Counted from the first letter of the stretch, positions 1 through 10,330 are shown. The stretch is DNA of 64,000 nt from an uncultured cyanobacterium (GCA_963793265.1 CAWBZI010000001.1:1664001-1728000), one strand, 5' to 3'. Numbers and translations: made by a program. The notes: a model not told the origin generated them from the letters alone.

Positions 1-855
1 GTCAAAACTCTGGTTGCCTTTGCCGTTTGTTGCAAGTAGCTGAATGAGATCGTATTGAGTACGATTTGTATCTTGATATTCATCTACTAGAATGTGGCGG
101 AAGCGGCGATGCCAGTAGTCGAGCACCTGCGCATTTTGACGAAATAGCTGCACAGGCAGACGAATAAGATCGTCAAAATCTAGCGCGTTATTAGCGGATA
201 GACCTTTCTGGTAGTAGCGATAGACTTCAGCAATCGTTCGCCCTTTAAATGTAGGATTTTCGGCCTCGTACTCGTCCGGGTCTTGGCCCTGATTTTTAGC
301 ATTACTAATAGCAAAGCGAACAGAACGGGGGTTGAACTTACGATCGTCTAAGTTCATTTGCCCGATCACGATGCTCTTCACCAGGCTTTGTGCATCTGAT
401 TCATCAAAAATAGAAAACGATTTTGTCCAGCTCTGACCCTGCGGGCTCTGATACTTCTCAATGTCGAAGCGCAAAATACGCGAGCACAGGGCATGGAACG
501 TGCCAATCCAAAGCTCTTTCAAAAAGGTTTTGTACACGTACGAGCGCAACTGCATCTGCTCGTACTCTGGCAGCATGTGCAAAGGCTTGCTGTGGCGAGC
601 GAGCGACTCCTGCTCAGCGAATAGCTTTTCAATCCGCTCCTTCATTTCCCGAGCGGCCTTATTGGTAAAGGTCACTGCCAAAATATTTCCAGGATCTACC
701 CGCTGGTTCAAAATTAGGTTAGCAATGCGGGCGGTGAGCGCACGGGTTTTTCCTGAACCGGCTCCTGCCACCACCAGCAAAGGCCCGCAAAAATGTTCTA
801 CGGCTTGGCGCTGAGAAGGGTTGAGCTGATTGAGAAAATCTACGGTAGTCACCAT
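1..855 (-). CDS. pcrA: ATP-dependent DNA helicase PcrA/UvrD (5' part; runs off window)
   Basis: Manual translation from ATG 855: MVTTVDFLNQLNPSQRQAVEHFCGPLLVVAGAGSGKTRAL...AVTFTNKAAREMKERI...WIGTFH...HILVDEYQDTN = UvrD/PcrA motifs I, Ia, II. Missing from ORF track because it is truncated. Confidence 0.95.
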   Translation of the reverse strand, partial: MVTTVDFLNQLNPSQRQAVEHFCGPLLVVAGAGSGKTRALTARIANLILNQRVDPGNILAVTFTNKAAREMKERIEKLFAEQESLARHSKPLHMLPEYEQMQLRSYVYKTFLKELWIGTFHALCSRILRFDIEKYQSPQGQSWTKSFSIFDESDAQSLVKSIVIGQMNLDDRKFNPRSVRFAISNAKNQGQDPDEYEAENPTFKGRTIAEVYRYYQKGLSANNALDFDDLIRLPVQLFRQNAQVLDYWHRRFRHILVDEYQDTNRTQYDLIQLLATNGKGNQSFD

Positions 856-993
856 ACTATTGAGGGATGCCGGTTGTCGGAGTGTCGTTGCTTCAGCTTA
901 TAGTATGGCACCTGATAGTTGTCTTGATAGCCCACGCCATCGGTTGAGATCCGTAAACCGACTTAAGCGATCGCCCTATTCAGTGCCTATTTG

Positions 994-1545
994 ATGATCG
1001 ATCCTAGTATTTCGCCCGAGATCGAAGCGGCTCTAAACGTGCCACCGCCTGCGATCGCAAGCAAAATTTATCTAAAGCATCGGCGGTGGATGATTCGGGC
1101 ACTGGCGATCGCACAGGACGCAGGCAACGCTGGAGAAGTTCCGGTAGCCGCGATTGTGGTTGGGCCTAATGACGAAATGATTGCCGAGGCCACCAATCGA
1201 AAGGAGCGAGATTGCGATCCGACAGCTCACGCAGAAGTGCTGGCGCTAAGGGCTGCCGGTAAACAGATGAACAACTGGCACCTCAACGACTGTACGCTCT
1301 ACGTCACGCTAGAGCCCTGCATGATGTGCGCGGGCGCAATCGTGCAGTCGCGCCTGGGCCTACTGGTATATGGAGCCGACGATATTAAAGCTGGGGCGGT
1401 TCGCTCTGTGCTCAACCTGCCAGATAGCCCGTGCTCCAACCATCGGCTATCGGTGTTGGGTGGCATTTTAGAAGCGCCTTGCGCAGAGCAGTTGCAGCGA
1501 TGGTTTCGGCAGCGGCGGGAAGAATCAGCTAAGAACACCGATTAA
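994..1545 (+). CDS. tadA: tRNA adenosine(34) deaminase
   Basis: GEVPVAA, DPTAHAE, TLYVTLEPCMMCAGA zinc deaminase motifs. Confidence 0.93.
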   Translation: MIDPSISPEIEAALNVPPPAIASKIYLKHRRWMIRALAIAQDAGNAGEVPVAAIVVGPNDEMIAEATNRKERDCDPTAHAEVLALRAAGKQMNNWHLNDCTLYVTLEPCMMCAGAIVQSRLGLLVYGADDIKAGAVRSVLNLPDSPCSNHRLSVLGGILEAPCAEQLQRWFRQRREESAKNTD

Positions 1546-1759
1546 ATTCACGGAATCGCTCGCAAACAGACCACACCTGAAACTGTCAGGCTAAGGGGCC
1601 TGTGAGGACTGCTAGCCCCGTATGGTGATCCAAAGTTAGTGAAAAGCCGCAACGCTTGTCGAAAACTTTTTACGGGCTAAAACCTACTCGTGCTTCTCCT
1701 GCAACTTTTATGCAGTGTATCTATCTTTTTCATCTATGCTTTTAAACTCCCTTGCTGAT

Positions 1760-2482
1760 ATGGCTATGTCTGAAGAGCGTCCTACGGCTCGATGTGAAGA
1801 CCAAGACGAAGATTCAGTGGGTGAGCATCCGTGCCCGGCCATGCGATCACGCATCTCCCCCTGGCTTGCACCGATCATGTACGCCATTGGCGAAAAGATA
1901 ATCCTCCCTGCCTACTTCAGCAAAGTCGAAGTCATCGGGCAAGAAAACATTCCCACCACAGGCCCAGTGCTGCTAGCACCTACGCATCAGGCTTACTGGG
2001 ACTCACTTTTAGTCGGCTTAGTCGGCAAGCGCGCGGGCAGATATCTGAGGTTTATGGTCACCGCTGATGAGTGCTTGGGCATTCAAGGCTGGTTTGTGCG
2101 ACGGCTAGGCGGGTTTCCGGTGCACGTTCGCAGACCGGCGGTGCAGTCTTTACGGCATAGTGTGGAGCTGTTGCAGGCCAAAGAAATGCTGGTGATTTAT
2201 CCAGAAGGCAATATTTTTCGCGATCGCATCAATCCCCTCAAGCCGGGCCTGGCCCGCATCGCCCTCCGCGCTGAACGCAGCCGCCCAAACTTAGATATCA
2301 AAATTGTGCCAATCGCCTTGACCTACAGCGACCCTTATCCCAAATGGCGCGGCACAGCCAAAATTCGGATCGGTCAGCCTATTTCGGTCGCTGAATACAA
2401 AGCTGGCGGCGCAAAGCTGCAATCGAGAAAGCTCACCGCAGATTTGCAAGATGAGCTGATGGCACTCGGCGAGCAGGGCTAG
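1760..2482 (+). CDS. lysophospholipid / 1-acyl-sn-glycerol-3-phosphate acyltransferase (PlsC family)
   Basis: PTHQAYWD (HxxxxD) and IYPEG motifs; start uncertain (1715/1760/1766). Confidence 0.85.
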   Translation: MAMSEERPTARCEDQDEDSVGEHPCPAMRSRISPWLAPIMYAIGEKIILPAYFSKVEVIGQENIPTTGPVLLAPTHQAYWDSLLVGLVGKRAGRYLRFMVTADECLGIQGWFVRRLGGFPVHVRRPAVQSLRHSVELLQAKEMLVIYPEGNIFRDRINPLKPGLARIALRAERSRPNLDIKIVPIALTYSDPYPKWRGTAKIRIGQPISVAEYKAGGAKLQSRKLTADLQDELMALGEQG

Positions 2483-2521
2483 ACGCTTGAAAGCTTGGAC
2501 AAGAGCTTAGAGGTCAAATGA

Positions 2522-4648
2522 TTAGATCCCTATGATTAGCTCCCACTGTTTGAGCTGACCTACGTGCTCTGGAACCGAATCGACTACCTGAAGCTGCCAA
2601 CGGCCCTTAACCGATGTATTAATCAATCGGCGTAGCGCGGGCGTATTCACCAGAGAGTAGGTTCTTTGCAGCCTGGTTTGACGGCCCAATGTGCGGCTTT
2701 GAATCAGAGTAGAAATGCCCTGGGGGTTTTGCAGCGTGAAGCTCACGTCGCCTAAAAATTCGTGTTCGGCCTGAATATAAACTTTGATATCTTGCAGTTG
2801 GCCCTCAGCGGTTACGGTCACTGAGCTGACAATACCTCTTGGCGCATTATCAGGAATAGCGATCGCACTCTCATTACGCACCGTCAGCGTTTGATGCAGC
2901 TCGCGCCGACTCAGCGCCAGTTCTTTTGCCGCCTTCACAGCCCGATAGGCATTCACCTTGCCATAGCCAAACCACAATGAATGCCCTTTGCTGTCATAGG
3001 TGCCATACCTTTGATTGAGCTGCGGATCGGGCTTTTTATCAACAATTTTATCGGTCGTATTCTGCAAAAGCTGCTTCACTTCACGCGCGGTTAAATCAGG
3101 ATTTGCCGACAGCATCAGGCCGACGACGCCTGCGACTAAGGGGCAGGCGCTAGAGGTGCCCCCAAAGCCAGTGTAGTTATCGTTGCTATAGCCTTTGGGG
3201 CCAGTGCGATCGCTCGTCAGCACAGCGCGCCCAATCAGCCGCGCTCGAATCGGTGGCCCCGTGTCGAACGTGCCTTGCGAGAGCGACATATTCGGCGGCG
3301 CGTTATTGCTCGGCGCTGCAACCGAAATATGATCGCCCCAATTACTGTAGGCCGCTTTTTGATTCAAGCTAGTGCAGGCCGACACCGTAATCACGTCAGG
3401 GTGAATAGCAAAGCCGCTGAGCCAGGCCGTCACGCCTTTGAGCAGATTACGCGCCCAGCCCTTTTCTTCCACACGACCATCCACAGGGCGATTCGCGTTG
3501 CCTGCTGAAAACAAGACCACGCAGCCCTTACCGTTTCGTCCTTTCGTCGCCGCTCGGTTAACTGCCTGGCTAATCCGCCTCGATAGCGGGAAATAAACCG
3601 CGGCGGGCGACCAGCTACAGGAGATCACATCGGCCCCTCGGGCGATCGCCCAGTCGAACATCTGCTCAATTGACGTATCGTCCAAAAAGCCCGTTGTCTG
3701 AATCGGCATCAGGCTACAGCCCGGCGCAATCCCAACGATTCCCGTGCCCGTCTCTTCTGCGATCGCCACACCCGCCACCGCCGTCCCATGATTCTCTACA
3801 TCCGTTGTCGGCGTCGGCAGTCCGTCCTTATTCTTCAAATCTCGCGGCGCAACAATCTTGCCCGGCCCCTGCAAGTCGGGATGCGCTAAATCAAAGCTGT
3901 CGTCGGTGATCGCAATCGTGACTGAGCGAGCCCCGCGCGTAATATCCCAAGCCTTTTCAGCGAAAATATGTGCATTATCAGCTAAATCTGAAGCCTTGCT
4001 GCGGTGGTAGAGATACCACTGCTGAGGATAGAGATCATCAGTAGGCTTATAGAGCGGTGCTGCTGCCATGATGATATTGGGCTCGGCAAGCAGCACGTCC
4101 TCGCGTTTGGTGAGCTGATTGGCAATTTTTAGCGGGTTTTGGCGAGCGGTGGAGCCAACGGTAAAGCAGTAAGTGTTGCCGCTATCGGCCAGGGCATGGC
4201 TGCGCATGAGGCCGAATGACTGGGCAATTTTTTCGATTGAGGTGATTGGTAGGTTGGGCTCAAACTGGATAGTGAGCTGGTTGCCTAAGTAAACGTAAGA
4301 ACCGGGGCTGAGGGCGATCACATACACATGACTCGCATAAGTAATATTTGGATCGCGGCGGAGCTGAACTAGCGCCTCTTCCAACTGACGAGCAGGCAGC
4401 TTCCACTCTATGAGCACAGGCGCTTGGCTCGCAGCCTGCGGCGTCACGTTCCTCGCCTGCTGAGGCTTCCACTGCGCTATCAACGGCTGTAGCGCCTCTA
4501 TATCACTCAGGCAAAGCGTCAGCCGATCCTTCACCTTATACAGCAGCAGCTCCTCACCGCCGCGCTGCAAAATCACGCCCTCTTGCCCCGGCAAAACGCC
4601 TTTGCCTCCCGGAACGTCGCCCGGCCTCTGATCGTCTAGTTGAACCAT
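2522..4648 (-). CDS. S8 (subtilisin-like) serine peptidase with C-terminal proprotein-convertase P domain
   Basis: Catalytic triad ITDDSFD / NHGTAVAG / GGTSSACP; C-terminal IPDN...GRWQLQVVD...LKQWELII P domain. Confidence 0.9.
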   Translation of the reverse strand: MVQLDDQRPGDVPGGKGVLPGQEGVILQRGGEELLLYKVKDRLTLCLSDIEALQPLIAQWKPQQARNVTPQAASQAPVLIEWKLPARQLEEALVQLRRDPNITYASHVYVIALSPGSYVYLGNQLTIQFEPNLPITSIEKIAQSFGLMRSHALADSGNTYCFTVGSTARQNPLKIANQLTKREDVLLAEPNIIMAAAPLYKPTDDLYPQQWYLYHRSKASDLADNAHIFAEKAWDITRGARSVTIAITDDSFDLAHPDLQGPGKIVAPRDLKNKDGLPTPTTDVENHGTAVAGVAIAEETGTGIVGIAPGCSLMPIQTTGFLDDTSIEQMFDWAIARGADVISCSWSPAAVYFPLSRRISQAVNRAATKGRNGKGCVVLFSAGNANRPVDGRVEEKGWARNLLKGVTAWLSGFAIHPDVITVSACTSLNQKAAYSNWGDHISVAAPSNNAPPNMSLSQGTFDTGPPIRARLIGRAVLTSDRTGPKGYSNDNYTGFGGTSSACPLVAGVVGLMLSANPDLTAREVKQLLQNTTDKIVDKKPDPQLNQRYGTYDSKGHSLWFGYGKVNAYRAVKAAKELALSRRELHQTLTVRNESAIAIPDNAPRGIVSSVTVTAEGQLQDIKVYIQAEHEFLGDVSFTLQNPQGISTLIQSRTLGRQTRLQRTYSLVNTPALRRLINTSVKGRWQLQVVDSVPEHVGQLKQWELIIGI

Positions 4649-4831
4649 CAGCTTTGCATCTCTTCCAAATCGCTGCACCAAACCGCTTTTATCGTCTCAC
4701 AACTATCCCCACAACCAGATAGCCCAACCAGATAGGCAAGAGTCACATCGAAATAAGACAACGGTGCTAGCGATCGCCTAATCTAAGTTAAATTACCTAA
4801 GCTAGCTGTTCTCTTCAGCCATTTTTAATCC

Positions 4832-5374
4832 ATGGTTTCCATCGTCAAAGCCTTGTTTGCCAGTACGCTTATTGGCGGTTTAGCTGTTCCGTTTGCAGAG
4901 CCAGCCCAAAGCCAACAGCCGCCTGCTGAAGCACCCGCGGCGACTCGCACTGTAGGGCAAGCAGATAGCCCGATTGGGATTGCCTCGGGTCAGGCATTAA
5001 TGGCAGAAGCCGAAGGGGCGATTGCACAGCAAGACTATACCCTAGCCTCTGAAAAACTCGTCGCCGCGCGCAAAGCCCTTAACGACGTTTCAACTTACTA
5101 TCAAAATCTCTCGGGTGTCTTTACAGGCGTAGATAGCCGAGTCAACGACGGTCTGCGCAGCCTAGCGCTAGAGTCGGCCCAGGTTCGCGATCAGGCCAGC
5201 TACCAGCTAGCGGTGGTCTATCGCGCCCAAAGTCGCCCTGATCTGGCCGTTCCGCTTTTAGTCGAAGTCGTACAGTCTCAGCAGCCTACACGCCCTCTAG
5301 GCCAGCAGGCTTACCAGCAGCTTTACGAATTGGGCTTTGTAGAAGTGCCCTACAATTCGCCTACGGCTCAGTAA
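4832..5374 (+). CDS. conserved cyanobacterial exported helical (TPR-like) protein
   Basis: N-terminal signal-peptide-like segment, helical repeats, C-terminal QQLYELGFV. Confidence 0.7.
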   Translation: MVSIVKALFASTLIGGLAVPFAEPAQSQQPPAEAPAATRTVGQADSPIGIASGQALMAEAEGAIAQQDYTLASEKLVAARKALNDVSTYYQNLSGVFTGVDSRVNDGLRSLALESAQVRDQASYQLAVVYRAQSRPDLAVPLLVEVVQSQQPTRPLGQQAYQQLYELGFVEVPYNSPTAQ

Positions 5375-5463
5375 ACCCGTTAGCTAATTGGATTAGGTCA
5401 TCAGCACGCGGGTATTGCGCCATAATGGTTGAGAAAAATCACTTAACTATTAGGAGGTACCTG

Positions 5464-5712
5464 ATGATTAGCCCTGATCAGCTAGAAGCCATGATTAAGG
5501 TCAAAATGCCGGATGCCAAGGTGTTGGCCGAAGACATGAAAGGCAGCGGTGACCACTATCAGGTAGCCATCATTTCAACGGCGTTTGAGGGTTTGAGCCT
5601 GGTAAAACGCCATCAGCTTGTGTACAAGGCGGTAGATGCAGCGATGTCGTCTGAGGCTATCCATGCGCTTTCATTAGATACCAGCACGCCTGCAGAAGTT
5701 GCTGCGAGTTAA
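5464..5712 (+). CDS. bolA: BolA family protein
   Basis: GDHY, FEGLSLVKRHQLVY, IHALSLDT; GGAGGT RBS before ATG 5464. Confidence 0.92.
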   Translation: MISPDQLEAMIKVKMPDAKVLAEDMKGSGDHYQVAIISTAFEGLSLVKRHQLVYKAVDAAMSSEAIHALSLDTSTPAEVAAS

Positions 5713-5766
5713 CGACTATTCGCTAAACTGAAGCGTAACTCGTCATATTTTTACAAGGACTAAGTG

Positions 5767-6090
5767 ATGTCTCCAGAAACCAAAGCCAGAATTGACAGCC
5801 TGATTGAAGAGAATAAAATCATGGTGTTTATGAAGGGCAATAAGCTGATGCCTCAGTGCGGCTTTTCCAACAATGTTGTACAAATTTTGAATACGCTAGG
5901 CGTCCCTTTTGAAACTTTAGATGTGCTAGCTGACCCAGAGATTCGTCAGGGCATTAAAGAGTATTCGAGCTGGCCTACGATTCCGCAGGTGTACATTAAC
6001 GGTGAATTTGTTGGAGGCTCTGATATTCTAATCAAGATGTATCAGGAAGGGAATTTGCAGGAGACGGTTGAGGTTGCGCTGGCGTCTTGA
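5767..6090 (+). CDS. grxD: monothiol glutaredoxin Grx4
   Basis: FMKG..PQCGFS, WPTIPQVY, FVGGSDI. Confidence 0.95.
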   Translation: MSPETKARIDSLIEENKIMVFMKGNKLMPQCGFSNNVVQILNTLGVPFETLDVLADPEIRQGIKEYSSWPTIPQVYINGEFVGGSDILIKMYQEGNLQETVEVALAS

Positions 6091-6135
6091 ACGTTTTTTG
6101 TTTAGGGATCGGCTAGAAGATAGTATGCAGCCGGA

Positions 6136-6155
6136 GGGCGTAAGACCTTACGCCC
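6136..6155. repeat. short REP-like palindrome
   Basis: GGGCGTAAG-AC-CTTACGCCC perfect 9-bp inverted repeat. Confidence 0.4.
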
Positions 6156-6174
6156 CTATCGGATTTGCTGTAAT

Positions 6175-6212
6175 AAAGCGCGCCAGTTGGATGAATTTAA
6201 CTGGCGCGCTTT
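6175..6212. terminator. bidirectional intrinsic terminator between convergent genes
   Basis: AAAGCGCGCCAGTT / AACTGGCGCGCTTT 14-bp inverted repeat. Confidence 0.75.
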
Positions 6213-6237
6213 GCTTTAGGATTTTGTCTATGAACGT

Positions 6238-6486
6238 TTAGCGATAGTCGGTTTCAACTTCCGGCTGAGCGACGACAAAGTTGGAATAATCGTAGAGGAA
6301 GCGAAGGGCTTCTTGCTCTAGCTGATTGATTAGGTAGGATTCGACGGCTCCTGAATGGCGCATCGACGTGATATATCCCTCAAGGTAGAGCCGGAGTTCA
6401 TCGGTTCGGTAACCTTTGCCCCAATAGTCTACGAGGGTGTCAGTAATCCGCTGGTAGTAACGGATAACTCTTGCGTCCTGAAGCAT
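6238..6486 (-). CDS. conserved cyanobacterial small protein (DUF6761-like)
   Basis: MLQDARVIRYYQRITD...LYLEGY...FLYDYSNF; divergent from the response regulator. Confidence 0.75.
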   Translation of the reverse strand: MLQDARVIRYYQRITDTLVDYWGKGYRTDELRLYLEGYITSMRHSGAVESYLINQLEQEALRFLYDYSNFVVAQPEVETDYR

Positions 6487-6826
6487 TTTGTTTACGGGCC
6501 TCACTCAATTAGAAAAACTTACGGATTTGTATTTCGGTCTGTGTTTGAAAACTACAAATGACTGGCAATTGCTAACAGCGAAGTCATTAAGCTGACCACC
6601 TATATTGTGACAAATAAGGTGTTGGATGTGACCGGAATATTCAGTACTCCTACTTTGCATTTTATCAGGTAAAACAAGCCTGAACCAGCTTGCGGCGCGA
6701 ATAAACAATCTTTCACTCGATCGGATGAGTCTCGTAGCTTCGATTACAGAAGTCCTAAAATAGCTCTGTTATGGTTTGAACTAATTGAGATCTGTCGCCA
6801 GCAGCACCAACTGCTCTATCCCTTTT

Positions 6827-7564
6827 GTGAGCGCTATTACTGACATTCACGTCCAGATAATTGAAAGTAATTTAAACTTGCGATCGCTGCTGAGTTGGAA
6901 TTTGCAGCAGGCGGGCTACCGGGTGCAGCACTGTACTGATATGCTCTCGGCTAGAGATGGATTTCAGGCGCAGCAGCCCGCGATGGTAGTGCTCGAAGCA
7001 GAGTTTGCCGGAGGCCAGGGGCTTCAGCTTTGTCACTGGCTGCGCAACCAGGGACATCCTCTGATATTGATGCTGTCTGCTCGCATCTCAGAAGGCGATG
7101 TCGTCGCAGGGCTTAGGGCTGGAGCCGATGACTACTTAAAAAAGCCCTTCGGGATGCAGGAGTTTTTGGCGCGAATGGAGTCGCTTTCTCGCCGTAGCCG
7201 CAATACGGCTACGCCGCTAGCGATAGACTGCGGAGACTTACATATCGATTTGGTGCAAAGACGGGTGCGCTATATGGGCGAGTTTGTCGATCTTACGCCG
7301 CAAGAGTTTAGCTTGCTCTATGTGCTCACGCAGGCAGAAGGTGAGCCTTTGAGCCGCATCGATTTGCTGCGTAGAGCCTGGCCTGATGCGATTGATAATC
7401 CACGCACGGTAGATACGCATGTGCTGTCGCTGCGAAAGAAGATTGAGGTAGATCCTCGCCATCCTGATTTGATTCAGACGGTGCGAAATGTGGGCTATCG
7501 AATTTGTGTGGGTTCGGTGGAACGGGTGGCAGAGATGGCGATCGCACACAGCAAGCCCGCCTGA
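6827..7564 (+). CDS. OmpR-family response regulator (atypical receiver)
   Basis: Receiver (GADDYLKKPF) + winged helix (LTPQEFSLL, RTVDTHVLSLRKK, IQTVRNVGY); phosphoacceptor position reads E. Confidence 0.9.
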   Translation: MSAITDIHVQIIESNLNLRSLLSWNLQQAGYRVQHCTDMLSARDGFQAQQPAMVVLEAEFAGGQGLQLCHWLRNQGHPLILMLSARISEGDVVAGLRAGADDYLKKPFGMQEFLARMESLSRRSRNTATPLAIDCGDLHIDLVQRRVRYMGEFVDLTPQEFSLLYVLTQAEGEPLSRIDLLRRAWPDAIDNPRTVDTHVLSLRKKIEVDPRHPDLIQTVRNVGYRICVGSVERVAEMAIAHSKPA

Positions 7565-7573
7565 GCCAGCACT

Positions 7574-8314
7574 CTATTCCCACTCAGACTCAGCCTTCTG
7601 CTCTGCATCTACCAACGCCTGTCTTAGGGCAGGCCAATCTGCCTCGCTCGCCGGTAAGTCTGCAATTAGCCGTCCATTATCTAAATGCAATAGCCGGGTA
7701 GCGTGACGTGCGACCAAATCAATTTGATGATTTGCCATGATGATTGTGAGCTTGCCCTGCGCGGCCCACTCAGCTAAGCGGGTCAGTAAGAATTCGCTGT
7801 AGCCTACGTCTTGAGAAGAGGTGGGTTCGTCTAAAAGCAGAACTTTGGGTTCGGTGATGAGGGTGCGGGCGATCGCAACGCGCTGCCGCTGACCCAGTGA
7901 CAAATTAACGGACGTGCGATCCATCCAATCGGTTGGAATATTCAGGCGCTCAGTCCATTGGGCGATCGCTGCCGTTACCGCCTTCGCCTCCATCCCTTGC
8001 AGCCTCAGCGGATATCCTAACGTCTCCTTCACGCTCATCCCCAGCAACCGGCTCTCCTGATTCACCAGCGCCACCTGCCTTCGCAAAGACACCACCGGCA
8101 GGTCGCGAATATCTTGGCCCTCAAGTCGAATCGTCCCGCTAGCGATTTCAGCAAGGCGATTCATCAGCCGCAGCACGCTTGTTTTCCCAGCGCCCGAAGA
8201 GCCAACTAAGGCCACAAACTCACCCGGCTCTACCGCAAAACTAAGATCTTTTAAGATCTCAACGACGCCGGTAGACGCTCTCATCGACACTTGCTCAAAC
8301 GTTAGGACTGACAC
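7574..8314 (-). CDS. ABC transporter ATP-binding protein
   Basis: Walker A GSSGAGKT, signature LSLGQRQR, Walker B LLLDEPT, H-loop. Confidence 0.92.
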   Translation of the reverse strand: MSVLTFEQVSMRASTGVVEILKDLSFAVEPGEFVALVGSSGAGKTSVLRLMNRLAEIASGTIRLEGQDIRDLPVVSLRRQVALVNQESRLLGMSVKETLGYPLRLQGMEAKAVTAAIAQWTERLNIPTDWMDRTSVNLSLGQRQRVAIARTLITEPKVLLLDEPTSSQDVGYSEFLLTRLAEWAAQGKLTIIMANHQIDLVARHATRLLHLDNGRLIADLPASEADWPALRQALVDAEQKAESEWE

Positions 8315-8339
8315 AAGATATATCCATCAATAAATCAAG

Positions 8340-8936
8340 CTAAGCCAAAGGTGTAAACGTACTGGCTGTTGCAATTGCCCAGATATCAACTAGCAGTAGC
8401 AGCGCCGTTACCGCTAATAAAATGAGATACATCCAGGGTTGAGAAAGCGGCCTGACATCGCTCATATCGATATCGGTCTTCGCTTCTACGTAGCGCAGCA
8501 GCCGCGCAAAGCCAACGACACGCATTGGCAGCAAATATGCTTTATCTTTTGCCTGATTGAGAAAGTAATACACAATGCCGCCTTGGCCTGTAGAGCGCGG
8601 CTTGAGCGCAGTAATCTCAGACCATTTTAGCGACCAGCCTTTACGCCCTAACGTTTGTACCCATTTAGGGTAGGTCACCGCAATGCCTTCGCCATTTACC
8701 AAGACACGCTCGCTAAGGCCACTGTACAAAGCAGCACCGCCGATAGGAAAGGCAATCCAGAGTAGAGTCGGTGAAACGGGCGCGTTCGTCGCCGCAGCTA
8801 GAAAGGGTAGCGGAACGACTAACGCAACATATAGAGCGGTGAGCGTCAGTTGAATCAGCGGCGAGATCCGAAAGCTGTCGGTTTCTGGAAGCGTTGAGGC
8901 AGCTTCTTTTGAGCGAGCTAAAGTATCTGAGGTCAT
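8340..8936 (-). CDS. conserved membrane protein of unknown function
   Basis: Three hydrophobic segments, soluble middle domain (W..I..LKPRSTGQGGIVYYF). Confidence 0.75.
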   Translation of the reverse strand: MTSDTLARSKEAASTLPETDSFRISPLIQLTLTALYVALVVPLPFLAAATNAPVSPTLLWIAFPIGGAALYSGLSERVLVNGEGIAVTYPKWVQTLGRKGWSLKWSEITALKPRSTGQGGIVYYFLNQAKDKAYLLPMRVVGFARLLRYVEAKTDIDMSDVRPLSQPWMYLILLAVTALLLLVDIWAIATASTFTPLA

Positions 8937-8973
8937 AAGCAGTCTAGGGAAGTGCAGATTTTAGCTGTAGATT

Positions 8974-9414
8974 TTATAGGTACTTTTGAACGACGCTCCA
9001 GCCGGTAGCTGTGACTGCGATAAAGCCGAATAGCAAAATGCCGTTGAGCATCAGATGCGCTTTGCGCGCCCAGGGTCTTTCTGGACTAATCCGAGTAGCG
9101 CACCAGGCCGATCCCAATGTCAAAGCGACGACGGTGAGACCTGCGGGCAAATGTATCGAATGGCCTAGCTTGCCGTACTCGCCCAGAGTACCGACTATGC
9201 CAATACTGAGCAGCAGCAGCACTAGGGCTACTAAAATGCCGCCTAAAACGTAGTGTAATGGCCTTAACCAGGCGGGGCGCTCGAACGTGCCTTCATAGCG
9301 ACGGCTATAGAATAAAGTGCCGCCGCTGAGGGCCAGGAAGCTAAACGCTGTCAGCGAAAGGCCCATAGACCAGGCGGCAATTCGCCACAGCCAAATAAAA
9401 GATGGAAGATCCAT
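8974..9414 (-). CDS. DUF4079-like (cytochrome b561-like) membrane protein
   Basis: Four TM helices with His residues (LRPLHY, GHSIH, RKAHL); MDLPSFIWLWRIAAWSMG start. Confidence 0.75.
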   Translation of the reverse strand: MDLPSFIWLWRIAAWSMGLSLTAFSFLALSGGTLFYSRRYEGTFERPAWLRPLHYVLGGILVALVLLLLSIGIVGTLGEYGKLGHSIHLPAGLTVVALTLGSAWCATRISPERPWARKAHLMLNGILLFGFIAVTATGWSVVQKYL

Positions 9415-9504
9415 AGGACGCATCCTTAATCTAGTGATATCTAGTATTAGGCATAGCACTTTTGAAGCCCTTTTTATATGCCTTCTTTCTGGCTTTCAAG
9501 CGAT

Positions 9505-9542
9505 AGTCCCGCAGCCTTCATTATGAAGAAGACTGCGGGACT
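9505..9542 (-). terminator. hairpin downstream of DUF1830 gene
   Basis: AGTCCCGCAG / CTGCGGGACT 10-bp inverted repeat. Confidence 0.5.
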
Positions 9543-9626
9543 TAGTTAAGATGAAAATAGAATCGCAAGCTATAAAAGAGGTCTTGGAAGAATTATGAGA
9601 GAAGGGGGCCGTCGTGAGCGTAGCGC

Positions 9627-10004
9627 TTACTCAGCGATCGCGCTCGTCAGTTCAGGATCGGCTTTAGCATCAGGAGAGGCTTTCAAAGTGGCATTAAGTG
9701 CGCCCGAAGAAGGAAAGCCAGCGGCAGCGGAGGCTTCTGCGCCACTATCAGACTCTACTTCTAGGCGTTTGCAGGGAATGGTATCGGATAAAATAGCGCT
9801 CGCCATCATCCCGGTATGAATTTCGAGCAGCGCGGTAGACACCGCTTCAAACATCAGCCTTTGGCCAGGGAATACTACCCGCTCAAAGTACCAGTTAGGC
9901 ACATTAGTCACGCGTGCTATCTGAATTTTGCTGGTGGCGTTAACGTAGCAGCACAAAAGGGGATCGGAGTCATCGGCAGGAAGCGAATCAATAATTTGAG
10001 CCAT
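9627..10004 (-). CDS. DUF1830 family protein
   Basis: LCCYVNATSKIQIARVTNVPNWYFERVVFPGQRLMFEA...SDTIPC. Confidence 0.85.
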   Translation of the reverse strand: MAQIIDSLPADDSDPLLCCYVNATSKIQIARVTNVPNWYFERVVFPGQRLMFEAVSTALLEIHTGMMASAILSDTIPCKRLEVESDSGAEASAAAGFPSSGALNATLKASPDAKADPELTSAIAE

Positions 10005-10330
10005 GGTTAAGTCACGAGAAGAAACAGTAGGTAACACTTCACACTCCCAAAAGCTAACACTTGAAAAATACGACGACTGTAAAAACGACTACCAAGCCGT
10101 CGAATGCGATCCCCTGATGACAATCGCTTTAGAGCTTTTGAGGGCTTCATGTTTCTACATAAAGCCCTAACGCTATGCACTTAGAATGACCAAGCCCATC
10201 ACTAAGTAACCTGAGCTGAACGTTCATAAGCGAACTTACTAGCCCCGGCAAGGACATCGACTCAAAACGGCCAAAGTGGTTGCTACGCATAAAAGAGAGT
10301 CTACGAAGTAGCAGTCATTGAAGCGGGTCG

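Noticed and set aside
423..814. Plus-strand ORFs 423-668 and 461-814
   Set aside because: Antisense shadows of pcrA, which the ORF track missed
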